The translations under genes and the position numbers were made by a program. DNA of 51,729 nt from the sequence record MT446399.1; one strand, written 5' to 3'. How positions within the stretch are numbered: position 1 is the first letter of the stretch; each line of letters starts with the position of its first letter. This DNA is from Escherichia virus TH25. Shown here one piece after another: positions 10,041 to 20,098 of this stretch. Below the pieces are notes generated by a model. It was not told the origin of the DNA. It saw nothing but the letters and a program-made list of their open reading frames with translations, and made no database searches.

Positions 10041-10939
10041 TTGAACAGCCTTCCTTTAACCGAGGACAGTGGAGATTCAAGTTTGGCAAGTTTGTCTTTC
10101 AACGTACCAAGTTGACTCACTGCCGTAGCACCTACTGCACCCAATCCAGGAAGAGAAATGCCAGCACCACCAAGAGCACCTATTCCAGCACTCTGTGCAA
10201 TCTTTGCAAACTCTGAATAGTCTGTCATTGATTGCATTGCTTTTCGAGCTTCAATTGCGAGCGTATCTTCTCCGATAACTTGCAACTCTTCGACTGTGAT
10301 TTCAACAGCCAATATTGCAGAAGTCATCTTGTCGGTTTTGGTTCGAATGCCTGTAACCACGCAATTCAAATAAGGTCCAACAATTGTAGAAATGTACAGC
10401 TTGGTTCCGTTTGCCCGAAAGCCATTAAACAATTCGTAGGTAGATTGGATTCGGTTGCTTGTTTCAAACGCAGAAGCAACAGCACCAGCAGCAGAGCCTA
10501 AGATTGGTATGATTGGGTTATTAAAGATTGCACCAGTTGCAACAGATAGACCTTGTACCGATGCAGTCCACATGGCAGAGTTCTGCATGTTGGAAGCAAC
10601 AGCAGTTAACTTAAGGACTCGGTTATGTTTGATGATGTGGTCACTGACTAAGAAGCCAGAGCTTACAGGAAACTTAGTAACTGTAGACTGCGCATCATGT
10701 TCTTCACTAACCATTGCATCAAACTTGAAAGAGTTAAAACTCTCTGGTGCATCTGTGGTGACAAGTGATTCCATTGCCTTGGCTATTCCACCAAAGGCTT
10801 TGCCAAACAACCCTTCATCTTCCTTCTGTGCAACTGGCCCATTAGACCACATAATTACGGACGGGTTGTGTCCATAACTAAAAGCCTTTGTTAGCATGGA
10901 GATTCCATCGCCCAACAAACTTGTATCAATTAATGCCAT
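10037..10939 (-). CDS. Tail/baseplate hub-associated protein, function unknown
   Basis: ORF 10037..10987 in track; ATG at 10939 overlaps upstream stop (TAATG), so start placed there. Confidence 0.3.
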   Translation of the reverse strand: MALIDTSLLGDGISMLTKAFSYGHNPSVIMWSNGPVAQKEDEGLFGKAFGGIAKAMESLVTTDAPESFNSFKFDAMVSEEHDAQSTVTKFPVSSGFLVSDHIIKHNRVLKLTAVASNMQNSAMWTASVQGLSVATGAIFNNPIIPILGSAAGAVASAFETSNRIQSTYELFNGFRANGTKLYISTIVGPYLNCVVTGIRTKTDKMTSAILAVEITVEELQVIGEDTLAIEARKAMQSMTDYSEFAKIAQSAGIGALGGAGISLPGLGAVGATAVSQLGTLKDKLAKLESPLSSVKGRLFK

Positions 10940-12045
10940 TAGAAAGACTCCATCGACATTCCACTGTTTAAATACATTTGCTGCCAAGCAGCTTCTTTAC
11001 CACCCATAGCAGTATTGCCACCAAGCATTGCTGTGATGGTAGTCTGGAAGACAGTTTCATGGGTTGAGCCATGATGAACAACTTCTGTAATGAAGTATTT
11101 ATCTTCCATAGCCCAGCGGAATACACTTTGGTCAGTGTTAAGAACAACACCCTTTCCGGTAACAGACGTTACACCATTTGCAAGCAGTTGCTCTCCCAAC
11201 AATGGGGATACATCAAGAATCATTCCTGGTTGATAACTTGCATTCAGGAATGTGTTCAATGAATATGTTGCAATGCCAGCAATCGGGTTGCCTATAACTT
11301 GGTTAGCATCCAGTTTGATTGGTTCACGGTCTTTCGACATTCTGTCTACGGCATCTTTATTCCCGTAGGTATCTGGGAAGATTTGAATCTCACCAGTGGT
11401 TACTGAGAACAGAAGATTGTATTCACCAAGAAGGGTTCTGAACTCTTCCAAGAATGTGTCATGAAATACACGACCGAGTTTAAGAACAGATTTGAAAACA
11501 GATTCATCAACACCAAAAGAAGAAATGGTTGAGAACCCATAGTCAGCACACATTGAACGAATAGCATCCTCAAGAGTTGCACCATTTGGAATGTCATTCA
11601 TTTGAGTGAATTCTGTTGATGCACCATATGCTTTGGAAATGCAGAACAACTGTGTTACGTGTTCTGGTGGACGTCTGAACCCAACTGCGTTTGTAACTAT
11701 GCCAGAAAAGATTGTCGGAAGTTTAGGACCAATTTCAATCCTTACTTCTGAATCAGCCTGTTCTGGACTTTGGTACTTACTATGACCAGCGTTTACTCCA
11801 CGCTCGTCTTCGAAATATCCTGCACGAATTTCAATATACATATCACCATAGGTCTTGTCTTGAAGGAACTTCACTTCATCAACACCAAGGTTGTATAGAG
11901 TAATGTCGGCAGTGTCAGCAGGCCAACCAACAGTTGACCGGATGGTGAAATCAATCTTGTGTGCTTTAAACACAGACTTTGTTTCAGGGTCATCCTTACG
12001 AGAGACAACTATCTCTATACCACGCATCCACGGCATGTTATACAC
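10939..12045 (-). CDS. Tail protein downstream of tape measure (distal tail/hub candidate)
   Basis: 368-aa ORF immediately after the tape-measure gene. Confidence 0.3.
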   Translation of the reverse strand: MYNMPWMRGIEIVVSRKDDPETKSVFKAHKIDFTIRSTVGWPADTADITLYNLGVDEVKFLQDKTYGDMYIEIRAGYFEDERGVNAGHSKYQSPEQADSEVRIEIGPKLPTIFSGIVTNAVGFRRPPEHVTQLFCISKAYGASTEFTQMNDIPNGATLEDAIRSMCADYGFSTISSFGVDESVFKSVLKLGRVFHDTFLEEFRTLLGEYNLLFSVTTGEIQIFPDTYGNKDAVDRMSKDREPIKLDANQVIGNPIAGIATYSLNTFLNASYQPGMILDVSPLLGEQLLANGVTSVTGKGVVLNTDQSVFRWAMEDKYFITEVVHHGSTHETVFQTTITAMLGGNTAMGGKEAAWQQMYLNSGMSMESF

Positions 12046-12111
12046 CTATTGAAATTAATACATGTTCAAATAATATTAAAGAAGAATGCCGAGATAAATC
12101 CCGGCACTTTC

Positions 12112-15100
12112 TTATCTACGTTCCATTGCACCATTACCCATGTTGATTGTTTGGGTAACAGTTTGACCGTTCGGAGTTGACACGGTTGCAGACGCTTGCT
12201 TATTGTTCACAGTAGCTTTGACTTCAACGTTAACTACAGTGGCCTGTGTCTGACCATAAGACAGCCCATTTCTGGTGAAGCCAGTTGCACCTTCTGCAAT
12301 AGAATCGCCCTGAGAAGCCCATTCACGGTACTTCTTGACGCGGTTCTGAGCCTGTAGAGGGACAGCATTGAGCCAATCAGTTCCGTGCTTGTTAATAGCA
12401 TCATCAACAGTTCCGGCACCATCTGTATACGCCGCCATAGCCTTCTCAGCGTCACCATTATAACGCTTGAGCATTGCATCGTAGTAGTCACGACCAACGC
12501 GAGCACGCTCTTCCAGTGAGTTATCACGGGCAGGTGTAACGCCGAATCCTGGGTCACGGGAAGTTGAATCAAGAACCTGCATACGACCTTTGGCACCAGT
12601 CGGAGATGTAACCACCGAACCGTCTGCGTTCAAATCGCGGTTCCCTGACTCTTCTCCTGCGATAAAGTCATATACCGTTCTGGTAGTATCAGCTAAACCA
12701 TTTGACGCTGTACGCGCTACTCTGGCTGCATCTCCACCTGCTTCGATAAATGAACTTCCGTAGGATATTGCAGCTTGCGGAACTGCGTATCCTGGCAGCA
12801 CCCCAGCACGCTCCGTCTGCGCTATTCCTAGCTGTGCAACACCATCGGCATACTGTGAGCTGGCTCCACGGCTTACGTTCTCCTGTGCCTCGTTTACGCT
12901 GTAATCTGTGCGGTCATAGGCGCGAGCCATGCCATCCAGACCTGCCATTTCCATAGCACCAGCGATACGCGCCTGACTCCAGCCCCGCTCCTGACCACGT
13001 TCACGCATTACCCGCGCTAAGGCTACAGGGTCGCCCTGTGCCGCACGAATGTCGCCAATAGTGATAAGACCACGGGTTCCCTGAACGATGTTGACAGCGC
13101 CGCTAGGGTCGCCATTCAGGAGGGTGTTATAGGCACTATGTGTGGTTCGATTGAGTCGGCCAGCTTGTTGCTGATTAAGCCCCAACATTTCCAAGCCCTG
13201 CGACATGGAAGAGTATTCATTAGGGTTATTGACACCAGCGTCTAAAGAGTTTCCATAGAAATCGTTCAGACCTTCTAGCGCCTCGTTACCAATCTGGGCA
13301 GCACCAATAGCCATACCCGCCACACGTCCCCACGGGGTCATCATGAGGGCATTCATTGCACCATTGGATAGTGAGCCTATGCTACCGCCAGCTACGCCAG
13401 CAGCCAATGCGCCACCAGCACGACCGAAGTCATCCGAGAAGCTGCCACCAACATTCCAACCACGACCGCCACCGCCACCGGAACCGCCTCCACCAATGCC
13501 ATAACTACTAGCATCGAAGGTGTCCCAGAAGCCACCACCACCGCCACGACCGCTATTGTCCCCGAAGTCGGCATCTTGTCCACGCAGCTTATTTTCTTCC
13601 TGAGCAGCGAGGATACCTTTCTTGACAGATACTGCCATCAGGTCATTGCCAGTTGTGCTGTCAGAGCCTACGGCAGAGGCTGTGGCTTCACCAACTCCAG
13701 CACTGGTACGGTTGCCTATGAATGGGTCATCGGCTGTACCAGCAGCGGCAGAGTAGCCACGCGTTGACTTCTGCTTAACATCCTTCCAGATGCCATCGCC
13801 AGTCATTGCAGCACGAGCACCTTTGATTAAATCATCATTGGACAAGTCTGAATTAGCTTCAACAAACTCTCGACCAGCATTAAGACGACCAATAGTAGAA
13901 TCAATCTTATCTTTGTTGCGTTCGTACCATCCCTCGTCCTTCTCAATCCATTCCGATACCGTCTTGTCTCCGATTGTCTGAGAGAACAATGCACGACTAC
14001 GGCCAGATACAAGCATACCAAATTGAATTTGGTCGAGATAATCCTTATGCTCACCAGCAGATAGGTTAGAAAACTTCTTAGCCCTTTCAGGGTTCTTGTG
14101 TTCCCAAATCGCGTCATCACCGATAAGGCCATCTGGGGAATACATGAACGACGGATAATTGTCATTTGTTATTGCGCCAGCTTGCTCAATGTCGAATCCA
14201 AACTCTTTGGCGACACGGTTACGAGCAACTTCTTCCGTCCGATGACCTGCTTCGAACATTCGTTGGGTAAATTCACTTGGCCCCTTTCCGCGTTGTAGGC
14301 CAATTTTATCAACCATTGCAGCCCAAGGTCGGGTATATTCATTGTTACCAAGAAACGAACCGACAGTTGAACCAGTAATGTCATATTGCTTGCGGAAGTC
14401 TAACCATTCCTGAGTGCCCTGTTCCATGTTGTGATAACGGATTGGGCCTTCTTGCGGAGCTGGTTGTGGAGCAGAGTCCAAATTAGATATAGCAATGCTC
14501 TCGCGACGGGCGCGAGCAGAGTTCCAACTTGTTGGAGAGTCAAGTTGTGCAAGAAACTCTGTAGAGGGACTCAGTTCTGCAGGTCCAGTATTCCTTAAAC
14601 GTTCAGCAGGGTCGAATGTTCGAGCGACTTCTGCCTCATTATATTGGTGAGCATCCTCAAGAACACCACGAATTGATGTACCAGAGTAACGAGGGTCGTC
14701 ACCAATATCTTTCTTAAGGTTATCGTAGCCGGAACGAACATCTGCAATGTCTGCATAACGAGAAGCAGAGTCCAGGATTAAGTCTCTGTCAGAAGATTGA
14801 GTGCGATATGCATTCATTCCTCTTTCAGCACCACCAGAATAAACCTTTGCCGCAGATTTAACTACGCCAGAAACATCTTGGTAGAGCGTTTTGCTTGCAT
14901 CAGACCAACCTGGAGAACCAGATAAGGATGCAGATAAAGAATATTCAGCCTTAATGCCACCACCAAACGAACCAAGAGGTAAACCAGATGCGTTAAGAGG
15001 TTGACGGGGATGCTGAATCCCACCAACAACAGATTCAGAACCAAGTTGAGGTAACGAATCCATGTATGAAAGTTTTGGCCCCGACTTATTTCCTACATTC

Positions 15101-15789
15101 ATTGCAGATACGGCAGCAACTTCTCGGAAGTTTTGCGGTAATTCTGATTCTAAACGTTTGGCTACACGATAAACATCTCGTGCATAGCGGTCTGGGTTGT
15201 CGTATTGTTCACGGTCAACATACATGTGAGCAAGATAGCCAAATGACTTGGCAATATCTCCACGGTTTGTGGAATATTCATCCATAATATTACCGGCATA
15301 GTGTCCGGCAAGTTCAGGCATTATATCTTGATGACCTGCAAGAGTATCTCGCATGTATGAGTTAAGCATTCCCCAATGACCTTCTGGCTTGTTGGGGTTA
15401 GCTTTAGGCATGTGCATCCAAACATCATCAGTGGATACACCAAGTTGTTCCATGTATGCGTGAACTGCTTCTACATGGTGTCCTGGTCCGTTCATTGCAG
15501 CATGGAATGTTTCAGTCAGCCCAGCGCCAGAAATCATCTGTGCTATATGTGCTGCATCTGAAATCATATCAGAAGTCCCGTATGAAGTTTCATCCTCATA
15601 CATCTGGGAATCTGGTTCGCCCAAAAGCTGTGAATTTGTTTCCATCCAACCTGACGCAGCACTTGATTCAAGTTGCTGGGCCATATCTCGTTTGCGCATA
15701 CCAGGATTGAAGGACAGACCGTACTGAGCACCCATGCCGATTAGCTCGGCCTCGGATAGCTTCATTAAATCTTTTAAGTTCTTAGCCAT
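12112..15789 (-). CDS. Tape-measure-like multidomain tail protein with internal YqaJ/lambda-exonuclease-like domain and lytic transglycosylase domain
   Basis: 1225 aa, in tape-measure position after G/G-T chaperone; aa ~455-640 match lambda Exo/YqaJ blocks (ITGSTVGS; MFEAGHRTEEVARNRV; YSPDGLIGDDAIWEHKNP; DQIQFGMLVSG); aa ~1035-1150 carry SLT motifs (EESGN..GAKGRMQ; AMAAYTDGAG); Gly-rich linker aa ~745-810. Confidence 0.6.
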   Translation of the reverse strand: MAKNLKDLMKLSEAELIGMGAQYGLSFNPGMRKRDMAQQLESSAASGWMETNSQLLGEPDSQMYEDETSYGTSDMISDAAHIAQMISGAGLTETFHAAMNGPGHHVEAVHAYMEQLGVSTDDVWMHMPKANPNKPEGHWGMLNSYMRDTLAGHQDIMPELAGHYAGNIMDEYSTNRGDIAKSFGYLAHMYVDREQYDNPDRYARDVYRVAKRLESELPQNFREVAAVSAMNVGNKSGPKLSYMDSLPQLGSESVVGGIQHPRQPLNASGLPLGSFGGGIKAEYSLSASLSGSPGWSDASKTLYQDVSGVVKSAAKVYSGGAERGMNAYRTQSSDRDLILDSASRYADIADVRSGYDNLKKDIGDDPRYSGTSIRGVLEDAHQYNEAEVARTFDPAERLRNTGPAELSPSTEFLAQLDSPTSWNSARARRESIAISNLDSAPQPAPQEGPIRYHNMEQGTQEWLDFRKQYDITGSTVGSFLGNNEYTRPWAAMVDKIGLQRGKGPSEFTQRMFEAGHRTEEVARNRVAKEFGFDIEQAGAITNDNYPSFMYSPDGLIGDDAIWEHKNPERAKKFSNLSAGEHKDYLDQIQFGMLVSGRSRALFSQTIGDKTVSEWIEKDEGWYERNKDKIDSTIGRLNAGREFVEANSDLSNDDLIKGARAAMTGDGIWKDVKQKSTRGYSAAAGTADDPFIGNRTSAGVGEATASAVGSDSTTGNDLMAVSVKKGILAAQEENKLRGQDADFGDNSGRGGGGGFWDTFDASSYGIGGGGSGGGGGRGWNVGGSFSDDFGRAGGALAAGVAGGSIGSLSNGAMNALMMTPWGRVAGMAIGAAQIGNEALEGLNDFYGNSLDAGVNNPNEYSSMSQGLEMLGLNQQQAGRLNRTTHSAYNTLLNGDPSGAVNIVQGTRGLITIGDIRAAQGDPVALARVMRERGQERGWSQARIAGAMEMAGLDGMARAYDRTDYSVNEAQENVSRGASSQYADGVAQLGIAQTERAGVLPGYAVPQAAISYGSSFIEAGGDAARVARTASNGLADTTRTVYDFIAGEESGNRDLNADGSVVTSPTGAKGRMQVLDSTSRDPGFGVTPARDNSLEERARVGRDYYDAMLKRYNGDAEKAMAAYTDGAGTVDDAINKHGTDWLNAVPLQAQNRVKKYREWASQGDSIAEGATGFTRNGLSYGQTQATVVNVEVKATVNNKQASATVSTPNGQTVTQTINMGNGAMERR

Positions 15790-16416
15790 TGTCTTCTTCT
15801 TTAGGTTTTAGTTCGTTACGCAAATCAAGTATTGCGTGGAAAGTTAACAAATCCATAATAGAGTAGGTTCCGTCCGATAGTTCTTTAAGAGAACAGAGAG
15901 AACTGTCCTCTATTACAGGACGGTGCAGGAAGTATTTTATTTCCGGGAACTTTTGAGTTAAATCGTTTCCGGACTCGAATTCTTCTGCTCGGCCATTTTG
16001 GATGCTTCCACCGCCTCCAATTGTCTGCGTTCGTTGAGTTCGAGCCCTTGCTTGAAAAAATCAAGGAAGTTCGATTCAAGAACAAATGCAAACACATGGT
16101 GCATGAGCATTAAATTGCCGTTGTACTTCATCTGCATAGTGCGTGGATTAACTTCGACACCATCAATGGTTGCCATACACACTACACGCTTAATTAATTC
16201 TGTTACTTCCGTATGAGTTCCACCTTGCTGCATCAAATGAATAATGTCTGCAAAGTTATATTTGTTCTCAACGAATGGGAATATCGAAATACCGAGTTTC
16301 TGAACAAGCTCGACCTGGAGGTCAAGAGCCTGGCTGGCACCGAGTTGTCGTGTACCAACCAAGACTATATCACCAGAGTCGGCTTGCAACTCGCGTTGGC
16401 GAAGTTCACAAGCCAT
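15782..16416 (-). CDS. Tail assembly chaperone G-T fusion product via -1 programmed frameshift
   Basis: -1 frame is open from 16060 down to a TAA at 15782-15784, overlapping the tape-measure ATG; shift site TTTTTTC at 16054-16060. Confidence 0.45.
15958..16416 (-). CDS. Tail assembly chaperone (gpG-like)
   Basis: 152-aa ORF between tube and tape-measure genes; contains slippery heptamer near its 3' end with a -1 frame open to the tape-measure start. Confidence 0.55.
   Translation of the reverse strand: MACELRQRELQADSGDIVLVGTRQLGASQALDLQVELVQKLGISIFPFVENKYNFADIIHLMQQGGTHTEVTELIKRVVCMATIDGVEVNPRTMQMKYNGNLMLMHHVFAFVLESNFLDFFKQGLELNERRQLEAVEASKMAEQKNSSPETI
16054..16060 (-). other. Slippery heptanucleotide T TTT TTC (candidate -1 frameshift site)
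   Basis: In-frame X XXY YYZ heptamer (GAT TTT TTC in G frame); both P- and A-site tRNA-Phe re-pair perfectly in -1 frame. Confidence 0.5.
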
Positions 16417-16432
16417 TCTCTCTTACCTTATA

Positions 16433-16888
16433 TTAGACGCCGATTTCTGGATACTGGCCAGTCACGATGGTAAGGCGTTCTACAAACACAGCCCACATAT
16501 TCGAAGTGAAGGTTACACCACGAACGATTGCTGGCTGTTGCAGAATTGCACCGTTGACACCGTTAACCAGTACGTCACCCATCTTGTCAACCAATTGCAA
16601 CTGCAAAGGTTCCCAGAGGGATTTGTTACCAGACAAACCAGTTGCACGAGTAAGCTGTGCACGTTGGTAAAGGATTTCGTTCCAATCTGCCGTTTGCAGC
16701 AGTGGGAAAGTAATAACCCCAGACTGGTCAGCAGTGGTTGCTACAGCAAGTTTGCCGTAAGCATCCATAACAGGAACATGCTGTGGCACGTTGTAGCGTG
16801 CCGTAATTACAGATTGCCCTGCCTGAAAACCGTCTACACGAGCACCGTCAATCAGGAGGTCTGTATTATAAAACGAATATTGCTTCAC
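16433..16888 (-). CDS. Tail tube protein
   Basis: 151-aa ORF immediately downstream of sheath gene; position-based. Confidence 0.5.
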   Translation of the reverse strand: MKQYSFYNTDLLIDGARVDGFQAGQSVITARYNVPQHVPVMDAYGKLAVATTADQSGVITFPLLQTADWNEILYQRAQLTRATGLSGNKSLWEPLQLQLVDKMGDVLVNGVNGAILQQPAIVRGVTFTSNMWAVFVERLTIVTGQYPEIGV

Positions 16889-16897
16889 TGTTCACCC

Positions 16898-18346
16898 TTA
16901 CTGAATGAAGTTGCCAGAGATTACAGCACCCTGGATTGCACCGGAACCGATAGCAATAAAGGAAGTACCTTCCCAAATACGTTCACCCTTCTGCGACTGC
17001 AAGAGTTCCAACGGAGTCGAGATAACTTTGTAGCCTTCTGGATAGAAGGTGCCTTCGTTATCGTAGCCCGGAGCGATAAGGCCGTTGGTCTTAGCGAGTT
17101 CAAGCGCCAGGGTTACTTGCTGGTTAACCATTGCTACACCAGTGTCCGTCCAAGGAATCTTGGTAGTGGAGGTGTAGAACAAGTTGAACACGTTCAGTCG
17201 AACTTTCTGAGTCAGCCACTCAACACCTTGTACGGAGTCGAACCATGTGCCGTCAGCCATACGACCGTTGTAGAACATTACGTTGCCAGCAACAGAAATG
17301 AATGCGTTACCACCACAAGAAAGCAGTGCGCTTACCTGACCAGAAGACAGGTCAGCAGTGGAGATACCTGGACCTTTCTTGTATGCCAGAATAAGAACAG
17401 AGTTTGCAACGTTGAAGTTAACAGTTGATGCACGACCCAGGATAGAAATTTCCGGATATTCATCACCATTCGCAGAAGCATCGTAAACACACAGAGTGTT
17501 ACGCAGGTTCTGGTTCTTAGCACGACGGAAGCTGTTATTAGTGCCGTTGATAAGAATGTTCTTGTCGTTATCACCCCAGCCAAATACTTTGCTGGATGCT
17601 TCACACCACTTCGCCACAGACATTTGGTTGTCTACTGGAGAGGTTTTGCCACGATACTGTCGGTCAAGGCCTACATAGAAGAAGTTGAATGGAGCATCTG
17701 CAATATTAGACAAGTCGGAAGAAATGGATAGCTCGTTCTTACCAGCAACAATAACTGCACTGTCAGAAGATTGCAGCTTCAACACTTCACCAACTTTACC
17801 ACCAACGTTACTGATAGTTGCATTGATGCCAGTTGCAGAAGTTGTCAGTTTGAACTTGCCAACTTCCTGAGTAACAGTTACGCCAGCACCAACAGAGGAC
17901 AGTGAGGTAGTTACCAAATTTGCAACTTCTTCGAAGTCAGCAGCAGCAGAGAAATCAATCGGGTCAGTAACATACTGAACACCGCTAACACTTAACTGCA
18001 TGGTTGCAGCAGTTTCCAGCTTAATGGTTGCCAATACAGCAGCAGTTGCAGCAGTAACAGTGGCAGGAGTTGCTGGAGTCAGGGTATCATACTTGATAGC
18101 ACCGACCAGGAAAGTCTTCGGAGTTGGCTTCTGCGAGTACCAAGCGGTAGCAGCTTTAGCAATCTCACCACCAGGGAAGTCTGCGAGAACTTCTTTCAAA
18201 CTGGTGTACGAGCGAACCGGATATACATCAACGGTTGGTACAAACTCTTTACTCAGGAAGAGCAACGGCCCAAAACCATCAGTCGCAATGGCGTTCGGGG
18301 AGATTGCGATATCAACCTGAACTAAGTCAGAAATTGGGATTGACAT
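16898..18346 (-). CDS. Tail sheath protein
   Basis: 482-aa ORF preceding tube gene; size and position typical of contractile-tail sheath. Confidence 0.5.
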   Translation of the reverse strand: MSIPISDLVQVDIAISPNAIATDGFGPLLFLSKEFVPTVDVYPVRSYTSLKEVLADFPGGEIAKAATAWYSQKPTPKTFLVGAIKYDTLTPATPATVTAATAAVLATIKLETAATMQLSVSGVQYVTDPIDFSAAADFEEVANLVTTSLSSVGAGVTVTQEVGKFKLTTSATGINATISNVGGKVGEVLKLQSSDSAVIVAGKNELSISSDLSNIADAPFNFFYVGLDRQYRGKTSPVDNQMSVAKWCEASSKVFGWGDNDKNILINGTNNSFRRAKNQNLRNTLCVYDASANGDEYPEISILGRASTVNFNVANSVLILAYKKGPGISTADLSSGQVSALLSCGGNAFISVAGNVMFYNGRMADGTWFDSVQGVEWLTQKVRLNVFNLFYTSTTKIPWTDTGVAMVNQQVTLALELAKTNGLIAPGYDNEGTFYPEGYKVISTPLELLQSQKGERIWEGTSFIAIGSGAIQGAVISGNFIQ

Positions 18347-18348
18347 TA

Positions 18349-18867
18349 TTAAACCTTTTTGGTTGTGATAAGTGTATTACCATCATAGAAGTTGCCACCA
18401 ACATATGCGCCAGACATGACTCCGATAGGACTCAAATCTTCACGAATGATATTGAATTGCATTTTAACCGCTTGTCGAACTTCCCAATTGGTTTCCATTT
18501 GTATGGTGGCAAGATTTAAAGGTTCTTTACCAAGAGCAGCAAACTTCTCCTGCTTCAATTTGGCTTGAACATCGGGACGGTAAAACGAATTATCAAACTT
18601 GATAAATTCATCACCCTCACGAGAAAACATTATTGCAAATGTCAGAATACGAACACCACGAGTACGGAACATTTCTTCGCCATCAATGGTTACTATCCTG
18701 TTCTCGTCAAAGCCTGGGTTGGTGCTTGATAAACATTTGATTGCGGCATACTCTCCATGGGGTCTGGGAGCATTGATTTGCATGTTGTAGGTAAACTGTG
18801 GAATACCTACACACACATCTACAATCTCTTTCATGGACTGTAGTTCTTCGAGTCGAATATCCATCAC
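18349..18867 (-). CDS. Neck/tail completion protein (putative)
   Basis: 172-aa ORF between head and tail genes. Confidence 0.3.
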   Translation of the reverse strand: MMDIRLEELQSMKEIVDVCVGIPQFTYNMQINAPRPHGEYAAIKCLSSTNPGFDENRIVTIDGEEMFRTRGVRILTFAIMFSREGDEFIKFDNSFYRPDVQAKLKQEKFAALGKEPLNLATIQMETNWEVRQAVKMQFNIIREDLSPIGVMSGAYVGGNFYDGNTLITTKKV

Positions 18868-19280
18868 TTCTCCAGTACGCGAGCGGCAATTACAGAGAAG
18901 AATCCGGCATCTTCATAATCGTTTATTGCTATAACTTTATACTGAATACCGTAAACAGTGATAATGGATTTCATCGGCATCTCAGTACGACTATGAATCT
19001 TCATGAATGCTGGTTGGCGCTCTCCAACATCTGTCGCTTTAAGCTGTTGACCAGCTACGCCAGAATCCCTGTCCCCATATGCAATAGGAGTACAGCGGAA
19101 CTTCTTCGGAGGTTCCCAAGAATCTTCCACCCAATTATTAAGATTGTCGTAATGACCTTCTACATATACTGCAAGGGTAGGACGACCCGTGGTTGTGTAT
19201 CTGTTGAAAGCTAGGCGTTGATTAATCAAAACTGGAACCCAGGACTTACCCTCGGCCCAGCAAATGCCATGCGCCGCCAT
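18864..19280 (-). CDS. Head-tail joining protein (putative)
   Basis: 138-aa ORF, ATGA-type overlap with downstream gene. Confidence 0.3.
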   Translation of the reverse strand: MAAHGICWAEGKSWVPVLINQRLAFNRYTTTGRPTLAVYVEGHYDNLNNWVEDSWEPPKKFRCTPIAYGDRDSGVAGQQLKATDVGERQPAFMKIHSRTEMPMKSIITVYGIQYKVIAINDYEDAGFFSVIAARVLEK

Positions 19281-19615
19281 TGCAAATAACGTTGACCGTA
19301 CACGGTTGACATGAAATCAGCTTCGATATATGGAATAGTCGAAATGATTCGGTCGCTGAACTCTACCTGTACATCGTCCACATCGGTACGACTTACAGGC
19401 ATAGCTGGCATTGCGGCATCACCAGGCATTATGTCGTCAATTGTTGAAGACCAATGCGCGACAAGTGATGCCATAGCTGGGTCATAAAACCCACACCAAC
19501 GCGATTCGATTGTACCCATCACAAGTTTTGCATCTTCAACTAAGATATCAAAACGGCCTTGGGTCATGTCAGCCATAGCCGGATAACGTTTCACCAAATC
19601 GGTCAGTGTAATCAT
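19226..19615 (-). CDS. Head-tail connector protein (putative)
   Basis: 129-aa ORF in neck cluster. Confidence 0.3.
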   Translation of the reverse strand: MITLTDLVKRYPAMADMTQGRFDILVEDAKLVMGTIESRWCGFYDPAMASLVAHWSSTIDDIMPGDAAMPAMPVSRTDVDDVQVEFSDRIISTIPYIEADFMSTVYGQRYLQWRRMAFAGPRVSPGFQF

Positions 19616-20055
19616 TATGCCAACTTATCGTAGAGGGCCAGTTTAGCTTCTTCCGGCATATCTTTGATGTTCACGCCATTAGCAACCAACACTTTATCAA
19701 TGTCAGGCATACCAACTTTCACGCGTTCAACAATAGACAGGCTGCCAGCTTTGATAGCTTCTTTGACCAGGTTTACTTTACGAGTTTTACCCGTGGTGTA
19801 ATATTCCTTAATCACGAGTGCTTCTTTGCCAGACTTAACGTCAGCACCGATGTTGGAGTCGTCCAGCTTAACTTCTTCTTCACGCATCACTTCAACTTCA
19901 GTGACAGAAGAGGTAATTGCTTTATACACTTCATCATCAATTTCAACAGTTGCACCGCCAGGAATGTGTACAAAATCCAGCACAGGTTTGCCAGATTTAT
20001 CCTTCTTGTAGAAGAAGAATTGGAGGTTGCGAGTTTCGTTGTTCTTAAGCTGCAT
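19615..20055 (-). CDS. Structural protein, function unknown
   Basis: 146-aa ORF immediately after major capsid gene. Confidence 0.3.
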   Translation of the reverse strand: MQLKNNETRNLQFFFYKKDKSGKPVLDFVHIPGGATVEIDDEVYKAITSSVTEVEVMREEEVKLDDSNIGADVKSGKEALVIKEYYTTGKTRKVNLVKEAIKAGSLSIVERVKVGMPDIDKVLVANGVNIKDMPEEAKLALYDKLA

Positions 20056-20098
20056 TACATTTCTCTTAAATTAGGTGAGATTTCTCCCGCCATCGGGA

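Noticed and set aside
13360-13557. Gly-rich tract inside the tape-measure-like protein, considered as a separate low-complexity repeat or frameshift artefact
   Set aside because: Reading frame is continuous; it behaves as a flexible linker between the nuclease-like and transglycosylase domains
15885-16097. 70-aa minus-strand ORF overlapping the chaperone 3' end, considered as the frameshift extension
   Set aside because: It is in the +1 frame; the frame that is open to the tape-measure start and follows the TTTTTTC heptamer is the -1 frame
16538-17428. 296-aa plus-strand ORF
   Set aside because: Lies entirely antisense within the tail sheath gene; low-complexity shadow ORF, no start context
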